Origin: an uncultured Chloroflexia bacterium
GTDB lineage: Bacteria; Chloroflexota; Dehalococcoidia; UBA2979
Direction: 5' to 3'
Length of the DNA stretch: 64,000 nt
Assembly (NCBI GenBank): GCA_963728205.1
Contig: CAVSIV010000001.1
Location: 96,001-160,000 of the forward strand
Position numbers and translations under genes: made by a program. Each line of letters begins with the position of its first letter. Positions within the stretch are counted from its first letter, which is position 1. Under the pieces are notes generated by a model that ran no database searches, was not told the origin of the DNA, and saw nothing but the letters and a program-made list of their open reading frames with translations. This document shows, piece by piece, positions 20,137-28,580 of this stretch.

Positions 20137-21036
20137 TCAGCCCGCCGGCTCGTAGAACTTCAGCAGGACCTCGTCGAGCGTGGGCTGCTCGGTGCGCAGG
20201 TCGAGCACGGGGTAGGGCGCCAGCGCCTTCAGCAGCGGGCCGACCTCGCCGGTCACCTCGAACTCGAGCGTGCCGGGGTCGCGGCGCAGCTCGCGCACGT
20301 TGGGGAGCGCGAACGTCGCCGCCGCGGGGGAGCCGTCGGCGAAGCTCACCTCGACGTGGCGCAGCGCGCGTCCCTTGAGCTGCGCGATCTGCTCCACGGC
20401 GACCAGTCGCCCGGCGCGCAGCACGCCGACGCGCGTACAGACCTGGTCGACCTCCCCCATCACGTGCGACGAGAAGAAGACCGCCGTTCCGCGCGCGGCC
20501 TCCTCGCGCAGCGTCTCCCAGACGACGTGCTGGACAATCGGATCGAGGCCCGACGTCGGCTCGTCGAGCAGCAGCACGGGCGGGCGGTCGAGCATCGCGA
20601 GCAGCAGCCCGAGCTTCTGCCGGTTGCCCTTCGAGTACGCGCCGACGTGCCGGTCGAGGTCGAGGTCGAAGCGGCGGGCGAGGTCGAGGACGTATGAGCG
20701 GTCGATGGGCCGGTCGCGCAGCCCGGCGATCAGGTCGACGGTGTCGCGGCCGCGGAGGCCCGGGTAGAGGCGCACGTCGCCGGGCAGGTAGCCGACCGCC
20801 GCGCGGACCGCCGTCGACCGGGCCTGGCAGTCCATGCCGAGGACGCTGGCACGCCCCGCGGTGGGCCGGATCAGGTCCAGCAGGAGGCGGATCGCCGTCG
20901 TCTTCCCGGCGCCGTTCGGGCCGAGGAAGCCGAAGATCTCGCCCTGCTCCACGCGCAGGTCGAGCCGGTCGAGCGCGAGCGTCGCGCCGTACGACTTCGT
21001 GAGCGACTCCGTGAGGATCGCGGGAGCGCTGGTCAT
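20137..21036 (-). CDS. ABC transporter ATP-binding protein (ABC-2/DrrA-like)
   Basis: Walker A GPNGAGKT, signature YSKGNRQK, Walker B LLLDEPTSGLDP, SSH. Confidence 0.95.
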   Translation of the reverse strand: MTSAPAILTESLTKSYGATLALDRLDLRVEQGEIFGFLGPNGAGKTTAIRLLLDLIRPTAGRASVLGMDCQARSTAVRAAVGYLPGDVRLYPGLRGRDTVDLIAGLRDRPIDRSYVLDLARRFDLDLDRHVGAYSKGNRQKLGLLLAMLDRPPVLLLDEPTSGLDPIVQHVVWETLREEAARGTAVFFSSHVMGEVDQVCTRVGVLRAGRLVAVEQIAQLKGRALRHVEVSFADGSPAAATFALPNVRELRRDPGTLEFEVTGEVGPLLKALAPYPVLDLRTEQPTLDEVLLKFYEPAG

Positions 21037-21157
21037 GATCGCACCGTACGGAGGCACGATCCGGGCGCGCAGAGGCAATCGTCGGGGAGGTGACGGGGCG
21101 AACGGTGAGGGCGGGCGGAGGCCCGCCGCTCGCCTGGGGGCGAGAGGTCGTCGCCGG

Positions 21158-21317
21158 ACACGGCAGTCGACATGCCCCGGCGGGGCGCCGTGCGCGGATG
21201 AACGTCACCCACAGCGGCGGCAGATATGCCGCCGACAGGACGCGGACGCAGTCCGCGGCCGGCGCCGCGCTTCTGTCGGCGGCATGTCTGCCGCCGCTTT
21301 GACGTTCGACGAGGCCT
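21158..21317. repeat. REP family 1 full element
   Basis: ACACGGCAGTC..GATGAACGTCACCCACAGCGGCGGCAGATATGCCGCCGACAG-spacer-CTGTCGGCGGCATGTCTGCCGCCGCTTTGACG. Confidence 0.85.
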
Positions 21318-21347
21318 GCCGCCCGTGAGGCGGGCGACCGCGCGGCG

Positions 21348-23318
21348 TCAGGCGGCGCGGATCACCGCGGTCAGATGGCGCAGCAGATCGTCCCGGCCGA
21401 ACGGCTTCATCAGGAACTGCCACTGATCCGACGCCGGCAGGCCGCCCAGCTCGTCGCCGCTGTAGCCGCTGATGAAGAGCGTCGGCGGGGCGGACTTCAG
21501 GCCGCCTGCGGCCTCGAACAGGTCCAGGCCGCTCCCGTCGCCGAGGCGCATGTCGAGCACGAGCGCGTCGAACGGGGCGGCGGCCGCATCCGACTCGATG
21601 ACCGCGCGGGCGTGCTCGGCGGTCGCGGACTCGGTGACCTCGAACCCGGCGCCGCGCAGGATCGCGGCGGTGACCGTGCGCAGGGCGTCGTTGTCGTCGG
21701 CGAGCAGCACGCGGCGCGTGCCGGCATCGGCCGGCGCGGCGCGCCGCGTGCGGCGGCGCGTGCTCGCGGCCTGCCGGCGCGGGAGCGTGACGCGCACGGT
21801 GGTGCCCTCGCCCTCGACCGAGGCGGCGGTGGTCTGCCCGCCATGCGCCCGGATCACGGAGTAGGCGAGCGACGCCCCCAGGCCGGTGCGCCCGGGCTTC
21901 GTCGTGAAGAACGGCTCGAACAGGCGGCTCAGGTCCGCCGGGGGCATGCCCGGGCCGGCGTCGGAGATCTCGACCAGGCAGTAGCCGTCCGGGCACGGCT
22001 CCTCGGGCTGCGCGCCGTCGGGCAGGCCGACGACCGTCGACAGCCGCACGCGCGCCGGACCGTCGCTCGCCTCGAGCGCGTTCATGATCAGCGCCGACAG
22101 CGCCAGCACGAGGTCGTCGCGCCGGCCGTTCACGGACCCCAGCGATCCCGGCGCCGCCTGCTCGATCTGGACGCGGTCCGCGAGCTCCGGCGGCAGCGCG
22201 TCCACGGCGGCGCGCAGCAGCGGCCGCACCGGCACGGCCTTCGCGCGACCGACCTCCTGCCCGCCGACGAGCGCCAGCCCGCGCGCCAGCCGCCGCGCGC
22301 GGTCCACCGCGTCCGTGATCTCGGGCGACGTGTCGGGCGCCATCGCCCCGATCAGCGACCCCAGCGTGTTCGCCAGCTCGTGTGCCGCGCCCGCCGAGAC
22401 GCGACCCAGCGCGTCCAGTCGCTCGCGCACACGCATGTGCCGCTCGAGCGCGAGACGAGCCGAGACGTCGCGCAGCACCGCCAGCACCGCGGGCTGGCCC
22501 GCCAGGTCGATCGGCGAAAGCGTCGCCTCCATCTCGAGCTGTTCGCCGTGCGCGGAGACCAGCGGAAAGAGGATGCGCTCCGCTTCGCTCTCCCCCCGCG
22601 CGATGCGGCCCACCGCCCCGCGCGCCTCCGCCAGCGGCTCCCCCTCGAGCATGTCGTCCAGGGCGTGGCCGAGGACGTCAAACCCGAGCCGCTCGCGGTA
22701 CGACGCGTTGCGCACCACCACGCGGTCCTCGACGACAATCATGATGGCATCGGAGGCCCGGGCGACCATCTCCCGGTAGATTTCCAGCTCCGCGTTCGAC
22801 GCGCGCAGCGCCTCGGAGTGCGCGCGCACCCGGGCCATCGCGGCCTCCTCGGAGGCGCGGCTCGAGAGCTCGATCACCAGCGCCAGCACCTCGCCCTCGA
22901 TCACGAGCGGGCGCGTCGAGGCCGCGACCGGGATGCGGTGGCCGTCGCGATGCAGCACGCCGCGCCGGTGCGCGCCGCCGACGCACGCACCCCCGAAGGC
23001 CGCCTGCAGCTCGCGCTCCACCTGCATCCGCTCGGCCGGCGCGGTGAGGACGTCGGACGACGGCAGCGCGACGAGCTCGTGCAGCGAGTAACCGGTGAGC
23101 TCGGCGAGGGCGCGGTTCGCGTAGAGGATGCGGCGCTCGGGGTTCACGATCAGGAACGCCGAGTGCGACGCCTCCATGACCGCGCGGAACAGGGGGTTGG
23201 AGAGCTCGCGACGGACGATGGGCGCGGCGAGCGCGGACCACAACCCGAGCTGTGCGCCCGGGAGCGGCGTTCCGGCGGGGGGACCGGATCGGGGCGGCCG
23301 GGGGGTGGTTTGCACCAT
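21348..23318 (-). CDS. Hybrid sensor histidine kinase (PAS-PAS-HisKA-HATPase-REC)
   Basis: H-box GAAHELAN, NALEA, DAGPGM, FEPFFTTK..TGLG, receiver LLADDN..LDM..SGY..KPF; start uncertain. Confidence 0.88.
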   Translation of the reverse strand: MVQTTPRPPRSGPPAGTPLPGAQLGLWSALAAPIVRRELSNPLFRAVMEASHSAFLIVNPERRILYANRALAELTGYSLHELVALPSSDVLTAPAERMQVERELQAAFGGACVGGAHRRGVLHRDGHRIPVAASTRPLVIEGEVLALVIELSSRASEEAAMARVRAHSEALRASNAELEIYREMVARASDAIMIVVEDRVVVRNASYRERLGFDVLGHALDDMLEGEPLAEARGAVGRIARGESEAERILFPLVSAHGEQLEMEATLSPIDLAGQPAVLAVLRDVSARLALERHMRVRERLDALGRVSAGAAHELANTLGSLIGAMAPDTSPEITDAVDRARRLARGLALVGGQEVGRAKAVPVRPLLRAAVDALPPELADRVQIEQAAPGSLGSVNGRRDDLVLALSALIMNALEASDGPARVRLSTVVGLPDGAQPEEPCPDGYCLVEISDAGPGMPPADLSRLFEPFFTTKPGRTGLGASLAYSVIRAHGGQTTAASVEGEGTTVRVTLPRRQAASTRRRTRRAAPADAGTRRVLLADDNDALRTVTAAILRGAGFEVTESATAEHARAVIESDAAAAPFDALVLDMRLGDGSGLDLFEAAGGLKSAPPTLFISGYSGDELGGLPASDQWQFLMKPFGRDDLLRHLTAVIRAA

Positions 23319-23446
23319 TTCCCACGAGGTTACGCGGGGGTTCCCGGCGGCCGCGTCAGGGTATTTGCGGATTTGTGGCCCGGCGCCGCGCGACCTGCTG
23401 CGCGACCCCGCTGCGCGCGCCCGACCGCGCGCGCCCGACGGCACGA

Positions 23447-23589
23447 CCCACAGCGGCGGCAGATATGCCGCCGACAGCCCGCGGGCGTCCGCCCGCGAAT
23501 CCGGGCGGGGCGGGCGCGCCGGCGACGCGGCTGCGGCGGGGCGGCGAATGCCGCCCGCCTGTCGGCGGCATATCTGCCGCCGCTGTGGG
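23447..23589. repeat. REP family 1 inverted doublet with a longer, different spacer
   Basis: CCCACAGCGGCGGCAGATATGCCGCCGACAG ... CTGTCGGCGGCATATCTGCCGCCGCTGTGGG. Confidence 0.85.
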
Positions 23590-23631
23590 CCGCGTCGTCG
23601 GGCGCGCCGCGGCGGCGGGTTGAGCAGTCCG

Positions 23632-24105
23632 TCAGCCCGACACCAGCCGCAGGATCGTCTCCACGACCGCGTCCAGCGGCATGCTCGCATCGATCTCCGC
23701 CGTGGCGCGACGTCGGAGCAACGGCTCGACCGTCTCGATGTGGCCGAGGATGCGGGCCCGTTCGTCGGCGGCCTTGCCGTAGGGGTTGTTCGTCCGTCCG
23801 GCCACGCGCGCGAGGATGACGTCGGTGGGGGCGGTCAGCAGGATCACGCGGTCGAACCGCGGGTAGAACGCGCCCTGGTTCGAGACCGTGCCGCTCACGA
23901 AGAGCACGCCGTCGTCGCCGGCGGAGTCGAGCAGCGCGCGAATGCGGTCTTCGCGCCAGACCCAGTCGGGATTGCCGTCGGCATCGGTCACCCACTCGCG
24001 GTAGTCGCCGTAATCGGTGTCGACGGCGCGGTGGCCGCGGGCGGCGAGCGCGGCGATCACGCTCGACTTGCCGACGCCGGACATCCCGGTGATGAGCACG
24101 AGCAT
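23632..24105 (-). CDS. Small P-loop kinase/AAA-family ATPase (shikimate/adenylate-kinase-like)
   Basis: LITGMSGVGKS Walker A, AVDTD, RTNNPYGK. Confidence 0.85.
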   Translation of the reverse strand: MLVLITGMSGVGKSSVIAALAARGHRAVDTDYGDYREWVTDADGNPDWVWREDRIRALLDSAGDDGVLFVSGTVSNQGAFYPRFDRVILLTAPTDVILARVAGRTNNPYGKAADERARILGHIETVEPLLRRRATAEIDASMPLDAVVETILRLVSG

Positions 24106-24219
24106 GGGTTCCCTGCGCTACGCGCGGCCGGCGGCCGCGATCAGGGTAGGGCGGCGGCGGCCGGCCGGCAGGGTTGGCGGGGTGGGGGCGGGGGCCGGGG
24201 GCAGCGGAACGCCGCCCGT

Positions 24220-24250
24220 CTGTCGGCGGCATATCTGCCGCCGCTGTGGG
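24220..24250. repeat. Single REP family 1 arm
   Basis: CTGTCGGCGGCATATCTGCCGCCGCTGTGGG. Confidence 0.8.
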
Positions 24251-24408
24251 TCGGGCGTCGTCGTCTCGTGGCACATCCGCCGCCGCCGGGTGGGGCGTCG
24301 CCGCGGGCCGGCGTCGACCGAGCGTTGCGGGAAGCGTCGCATCTACGACATCATGCGACTCGTCTTGCCGCGCCGGGCAATTCGGCCGCGACGCAGCCTG
24401 GAGGTCCC

Positions 24409-25011
24409 GTGAACCGTCTCTTCCGCCTCGCCGGCGTCGTCGCCGCGATCCTGCTCGTCGGGGCGGCCCTCGTCGCGTGCTCGTCGCCGTCCTCGACCGC
24501 GACGCCGACGCCGGCGGCGTCGTCCGCGGCGACCGCCGCCGCGACGACCGCTCCGGGCGGTGGCGGGGGCAACGGCTCCGACGGCGGGACCGCCAGCGGC
24601 TCGGGCGGCGGGGGCGACGCCGGCGGTGGCAGTGGCAAGAACGTCAGCCCGACCCCGGGCACGACCACGCTCTTCACCGTCACGCAGGGCGGCAAGACGC
24701 TGAAGACCTGGACGCTCGAGGAGTTGCAGGCCGCCGTGACGTTCACGTCGATCACCGTCGATGGCGACCAGCAGAACGGGCCCCTCCTCAAGGACGTGCT
24801 CGCCGCGTCGGGCGTCACGTCATGGGCGAAGGGCGAGGTCGACGGCAGGGGCCCCTCCCGCTCCTTCGACGTCGCCGTGCCCATCGACCCTTCGCAGGTG
24901 AACGACACGTGGATCATCGACATCACGAAACGCGGTACCGTGAAGCTCGCCGCCGACAACCTGCCGCGCGAGCAGTGGGTGCGCGACATCACCGAGATCA
25001 AGCTGCAGTGA
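24409..25011 (+). CDS. Hypothetical lipoprotein
   Basis: RBS GGAGG, GTG 24409; signal peptide with lipobox LVAC, Ser/Thr/Gly-rich linker, ~100-aa globular C-terminus (WTLEELQ..GPLLKDVL..WVRDITEI). Confidence 0.75.
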   Translation: MNRLFRLAGVVAAILLVGAALVACSSPSSTATPTPAASSAATAAATTAPGGGGGNGSDGGTASGSGGGGDAGGGSGKNVSPTPGTTTLFTVTQGGKTLKTWTLEELQAAVTFTSITVDGDQQNGPLLKDVLAASGVTSWAKGEVDGRGPSRSFDVAVPIDPSQVNDTWIIDITKRGTVKLAADNLPREQWVRDITEIKLQ

Positions 25012-25021
25012 GGCCCGCCCG

Positions 25022-25774
25022 ATGACGACGAACCGCGGCGGCGCGACGAGCCGGCTGGTCGTGATTGCGATCGACGACACCGACATGCCCGACACCCGCG
25101 GCACGGGCCGCCTCGCGCGCATGCTCACGCAGGAGCTGGAGGAGGCCGGGCTCGGCCGGTCGGTCGGCGTCACCCGCCACCAGTTCTGGGACGGCCCCGG
25201 CGTGCCGTTCACGTCGCACAACTCCGCGAACGCGATCGGGCTCGACAGTGCCGCGTCGCTCGACGACCTCGAGGCCTTCGCCCGTCGCGTGATGGAGCGC
25301 GAGTTCATCGAGGGCTCAGACCCCGGCCTCGCCCTGCTCACCGGCCCCGCGCCCGCCGAGGTGATCGCGTTCGCCCGCCGCGCGCAGCGCGAGCTCGTGC
25401 GCCGCCAGGAGGCCGAGGCGCTGATCGACGCCTGCGGGCTGCGCGTGCGCGGCCTCGCCGGCACGCGTGACGGCATGATCGGCGCGCTGTGCGCGTCGGC
25501 CCTGCGCTGGGAGGGCAACGACGGCCGCTACATCGGCCTCCCCGGCATCCGCGACCTCGTCGGCCGCGTGCGCGTCGCGTCGGTCTTCGCGACCGCGCCG
25601 GTCGCGGCCGTGATCGACGAGGGCACGGGCTCGAACCTCGACGCCGCCGTTATGCTCGACACCGGCGACTGGGTCCGCCCGCGGCTGATGGACGGCCGCC
25701 CGGTGGTGGTCGCCCGGCCCAGCGACGAAGCAGGAGTGTGGATCAATGCTGACCGCCGCACGCACGAGGACTAG
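25022..25774 (+). CDS. TiaS N-terminal-like (DDTD motif) protein of unknown function
   Basis: IAIDDTD..GTG, VTRHQ..VPFTSHNS, SDPGL, G.RDGMIGAL motifs resemble the catalytic N-terminal region of archaeal TiaS; no OB-fold or Zn-ribbon. Confidence 0.65.
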   Translation: MTTNRGGATSRLVVIAIDDTDMPDTRGTGRLARMLTQELEEAGLGRSVGVTRHQFWDGPGVPFTSHNSANAIGLDSAASLDDLEAFARRVMEREFIEGSDPGLALLTGPAPAEVIAFARRAQRELVRRQEAEALIDACGLRVRGLAGTRDGMIGALCASALRWEGNDGRYIGLPGIRDLVGRVRVASVFATAPVAAVIDEGTGSNLDAAVMLDTGDWVRPRLMDGRPVVVARPSDEAGVWINADRRTHED

Positions 25775-26324
25775 CCCGCTCGGGGTCCCACACCGCGGGC
25801 TGCTGGTCGACATCGGCATCGCGCTGCTGACCGGCCTGGGCATGGCGGTCGCGAAGGCGACGCTCGACTTCTCGCTCGGCATCCCCGGGCACGCCGGCAC
25901 GTTCTGGATCGCGGTGCTGGTCGCCGGCGCGATCGTGAACCGCCGGCCGGGCATGACCGTGCTCGCCGGGGCGTCGGTCGGCATGTGGGCCGTGCCGCTC
26001 GGGCTGGGGCACACCGCGCTCTACAACGTCGAGCTGTACGGCACCGCGGCGGCGACGCTCGAGGTGCTGATGCGGCTGCGGCTGCCGGTCGGCACGCTGC
26101 TCGGCGCGACGGTCGGCGGGGCGCTCGCCCACGCCGCGAAGTTCGGCTTCATCTACGGCTCCGCCGCGTCGGCGGGCATCGTGAAGCACTTCGAGCTGTT
26201 CGGCATCCTGCCGGCGCTGCGCAACCACGTGCTGTTCGGCCTGCTCGGGGGCGCGATGGCGTGGCTGGCCGTCAACGCGAGCCGCGAGGGCTGGCACGCC
26301 GCCGCCAGGCGGCTGCGCCGCTGA
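25746..26324 (+). CDS. Membrane protein, putative ECF-type S-component
   Basis: 192 aa, about 6 hydrophobic helices, LGIPGHAG motif, C-terminal H.LFGLLGG. Confidence 0.6.
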   Translation: MLTAARTRTSPLGVPHRGLLVDIGIALLTGLGMAVAKATLDFSLGIPGHAGTFWIAVLVAGAIVNRRPGMTVLAGASVGMWAVPLGLGHTALYNVELYGTAAATLEVLMRLRLPVGTLLGATVGGALAHAAKFGFIYGSAASAGIVKHFELFGILPALRNHVLFGLLGGAMAWLAVNASREGWHAAARRLRR

Positions 26325-26330
26325 CGGCTC

Positions 26331-26621
26331 GCGGCAGAGCCCGTCCTGCGCCTGTCGAAGGGCTTCAGGCCTCGTCTTCCGAGTCAAAGCGGCGGCAGAT
26401 ATGCCGCCGACAGGACGCGGACGCAGTCCGCGGCTGGCGCCGCGCTTCTGTCGGCGGCATATCTGCCGCCGCTTTGGGTGAGGTTCATGCGCGCACGCCG
26501 CCCCACCGGGGCATGCTGACTGCAGTGGATCGTGAGCACCCGGCACGGAGGCGGCACCGTCGCGCGATGAGAGTGGCCATGGCGCACGGCAGGCCTGAAG
26601 CCCTTCGACAGGCTCTGCCGC
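26331..26621. repeat. REP family 2-like inverted pair enclosing a reverse-oriented REP family 1 element (26368-26526)
   Basis: CCTGTCGAAGGGCTTCAGGCC (26351-26371) is the exact reverse complement of 26592-26612; family 1 arms and flanks lie between them. Confidence 0.85.
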
Positions 26622-26685
26622 GCGCCCGGAGTCGTACCCTCCCCGCACCGCGAGGTGCGGGTTTGTTCGTCCTGAGGGGGATGCC

Positions 26686-27684
26686 ATGCAACTGATGCAG
26701 CACCGGCCGCTGGGGCGCACGGGGCTCGAGGTGCCCGCGGTCATCTTCGGCGCGGGGAACGTCGGCGGCGGGGTGTTCACGGGGACCGACGCCGAGCGCA
26801 CCGCCCTCGTGCGGCGCGCGCTCGACCGCGGCATCTCGTGGATCGACACCGCGCCGCAGTACGGCGCCGGGCAGTCCGAGGAGAACCTCGGCCGCATCCT
26901 GCACGAGCTGCGGCCCGACGGCGCGAACCCGCGCATCTCGACGAAGGTGCGGCTCGCGCCCGACGAGCTGGACGACATCCCCGCGGCCGTGGAGCGTTCG
27001 CTCGCGCAGAGCCTCGCGCGGCTGCAGCGCCCGGGCGTCACGCTGCTGCAGCTGCACAACCCGATCGCGATGGAGCGCGACGCCGAGGCCGGCCGGCTCG
27101 GCGTCGACGACGTGCTCGGGCCGGGCGGCGTCGCCGACGCGCTGGAGGCGGTGCGCGCGAACGCCGGCACGCGGCTCATCGGCTTCACCGGCCTTGGCGA
27201 GGCCGACGCGCTGCACCGCGTCGTGGACTCCGGCCGCTTCGACACCGTCCAGGCCTACTGCAACCTGCTCAACCCCAGCGCCGGCCACACCGTGCCCGCC
27301 GGCTTCGGTGCCCACGACTACCGCGGGCTGGCCGGCGCCGCGGCCGAGCGTGGCATGGGCGTGCTCGCGATCCGTGTGATGGCCGCCGGCGCAATCGCCG
27401 GCGCCGCGCCGCGCGCCGGCCGGCGCGCGCTGTCGCCCGGCTCCGCCCCCGACGACGACGTCGTGCGGGCGCGGGCCGTCGCCGGGGCGCTCGACGGCGA
27501 GCCCGGCACGCTGCCGCAGCGCGCGATCCGCTTCGCGCTGGACACGCCCGGCGTGAGCGGAGCGCTCGTCGGCTTCTCGACGCCGGCGCAGGTGGAGGAG
27601 GCAGCGGCGGCCGCGGAGCTCGCGCCGCTCTCGCCGCGCGCGCTGGCCGCGCTGCGGGGCCTGTGGGAGCGCGACTTCAGGTAG
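26686..27684 (+). CDS. Aldo/keto reductase
   Basis: RPLGRTGL, IDTAPQYGAGQSE, ISTK, LLQLHNP. Confidence 0.92.
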   Translation: MQLMQHRPLGRTGLEVPAVIFGAGNVGGGVFTGTDAERTALVRRALDRGISWIDTAPQYGAGQSEENLGRILHELRPDGANPRISTKVRLAPDELDDIPAAVERSLAQSLARLQRPGVTLLQLHNPIAMERDAEAGRLGVDDVLGPGGVADALEAVRANAGTRLIGFTGLGEADALHRVVDSGRFDTVQAYCNLLNPSAGHTVPAGFGAHDYRGLAGAAAERGMGVLAIRVMAAGAIAGAAPRAGRRALSPGSAPDDDVVRARAVAGALDGEPGTLPQRAIRFALDTPGVSGALVGFSTPAQVEEAAAAAELAPLSPRALAALRGLWERDFR

Positions 27685-27766
27685 CGGGCGCGGCGCGGCC
27701 CACCTGGCCGCCCTCAGATCGGCGGCGGGTACGCCGCCGATCCCGCCGCGGGCGACCCGCAGCGAA

Positions 27767-27864
27767 CCCACAGCGGCGGCAGACATGCCGCCGACAGATG
27801 CGCGGCTTCGGCCGCGCGAACTCGCGTTCGCGATCTGTCGGCGGCATGTCTGCCGCCGCTGTGG
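27767..27864. repeat. REP family 1 inverted doublet
   Basis: CCACAGCGGCGGCAGACATGCCGCCGACAGAT ... ATCTGTCGGCGGCATGTCTGCCGCCGCTGTGG. Confidence 0.85.
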
Positions 27865-27886
27865 CTGGGCGTGACGGGCGCCGCCG

Positions 27887-28318
27887 TTACGCCGCCACCG
27901 GCCAGAGCCGGCGCACCTCCGCGGGCAGCGCCTCGCGCACGTCGTGGATCTCGCCGGCGCTGACGTGCGCGGCCAGCACCGCGAACACCGCGCTCGCCGC
28001 GATCGCCGCCTCTTCGAGCGTCATGTCCGGGACGTCCACGCGCACGTGCTCGAGGAACTCCGCCTCGGTGCGCTCCTTCAGCGCGGTATGCACCGGGCGC
28101 CAGCCCTCGAAGTAGAGGCCGCGCACCAGCATCGGCAGCTGCGCCGCCAGCTGGGCCGACTCGTCGACCGCCAGGCGGTCACGCAGGGCGTGCAGCGTGC
28201 CGCGCAGCGCCTGGTACGCGCGCCGCTTGTCGGGGATGCCGAGCGCGGCCGCGACCGCGTTCAGCCAGGCGGTGCTCTTCTGGTAGGTCTCGTCGAAGGG
28301 GTTGGGGTTGTCGGTCAT
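27887..28318 (-). CDS. DUF2267-family protein
   Basis: AYQALRGTLHALRDRL..E.AQLAAQLPMLVRGLYFEGW.P, GEI..V...LP..LWP. Confidence 0.85.
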   Translation of the reverse strand: MTDNPNPFDETYQKSTAWLNAVAAALGIPDKRRAYQALRGTLHALRDRLAVDESAQLAAQLPMLVRGLYFEGWRPVHTALKERTEAEFLEHVRVDVPDMTLEEAAIAASAVFAVLAAHVSAGEIHDVREALPAEVRRLWPVAA

Positions 28319-28450
28319 CGCGTCGTCCCCCCGTGGCTGCGGGGCGCAGGTGACAGCATCGTGCGCCGGCGCGGGCGGCGGCGGAACGGGAGGAAGGCCC
28401 GCGTTGAGGGTGGCGTTTGGGCCGCGGCAGGCCCTCGCTCCGGCGCGCGG

Positions 28451-28568
28451 CAGCGGCGGCAGATATGCCGCCGACAGGACGCGGACGCGGTCCGCGGCTG
28501 GCGCCGCGCTTCTGTCGGCGGCATGTCTGCCGCCGCTTTGGGTGACGTTCATGCGCGCACGGCGCCCC
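28451..28568. repeat. REP family 1 element, reverse orientation
   Basis: Two arms around the 34-bp spacer followed by TTTGGGTGACGTTCATGCGCGCAC (reverse complement of the left flank). Confidence 0.85.
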
Positions 28569-28580
28569 GCGCCGGAACCC

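Noticed and set aside
24250-24408. Cobalamin or other riboswitch upstream of the ECF-like operon
   Set aside because: No convincing B12-box or other aptamer consensus could be recognised by eye, and the gap is short; an Rfam/Infernal scan would be decisive.
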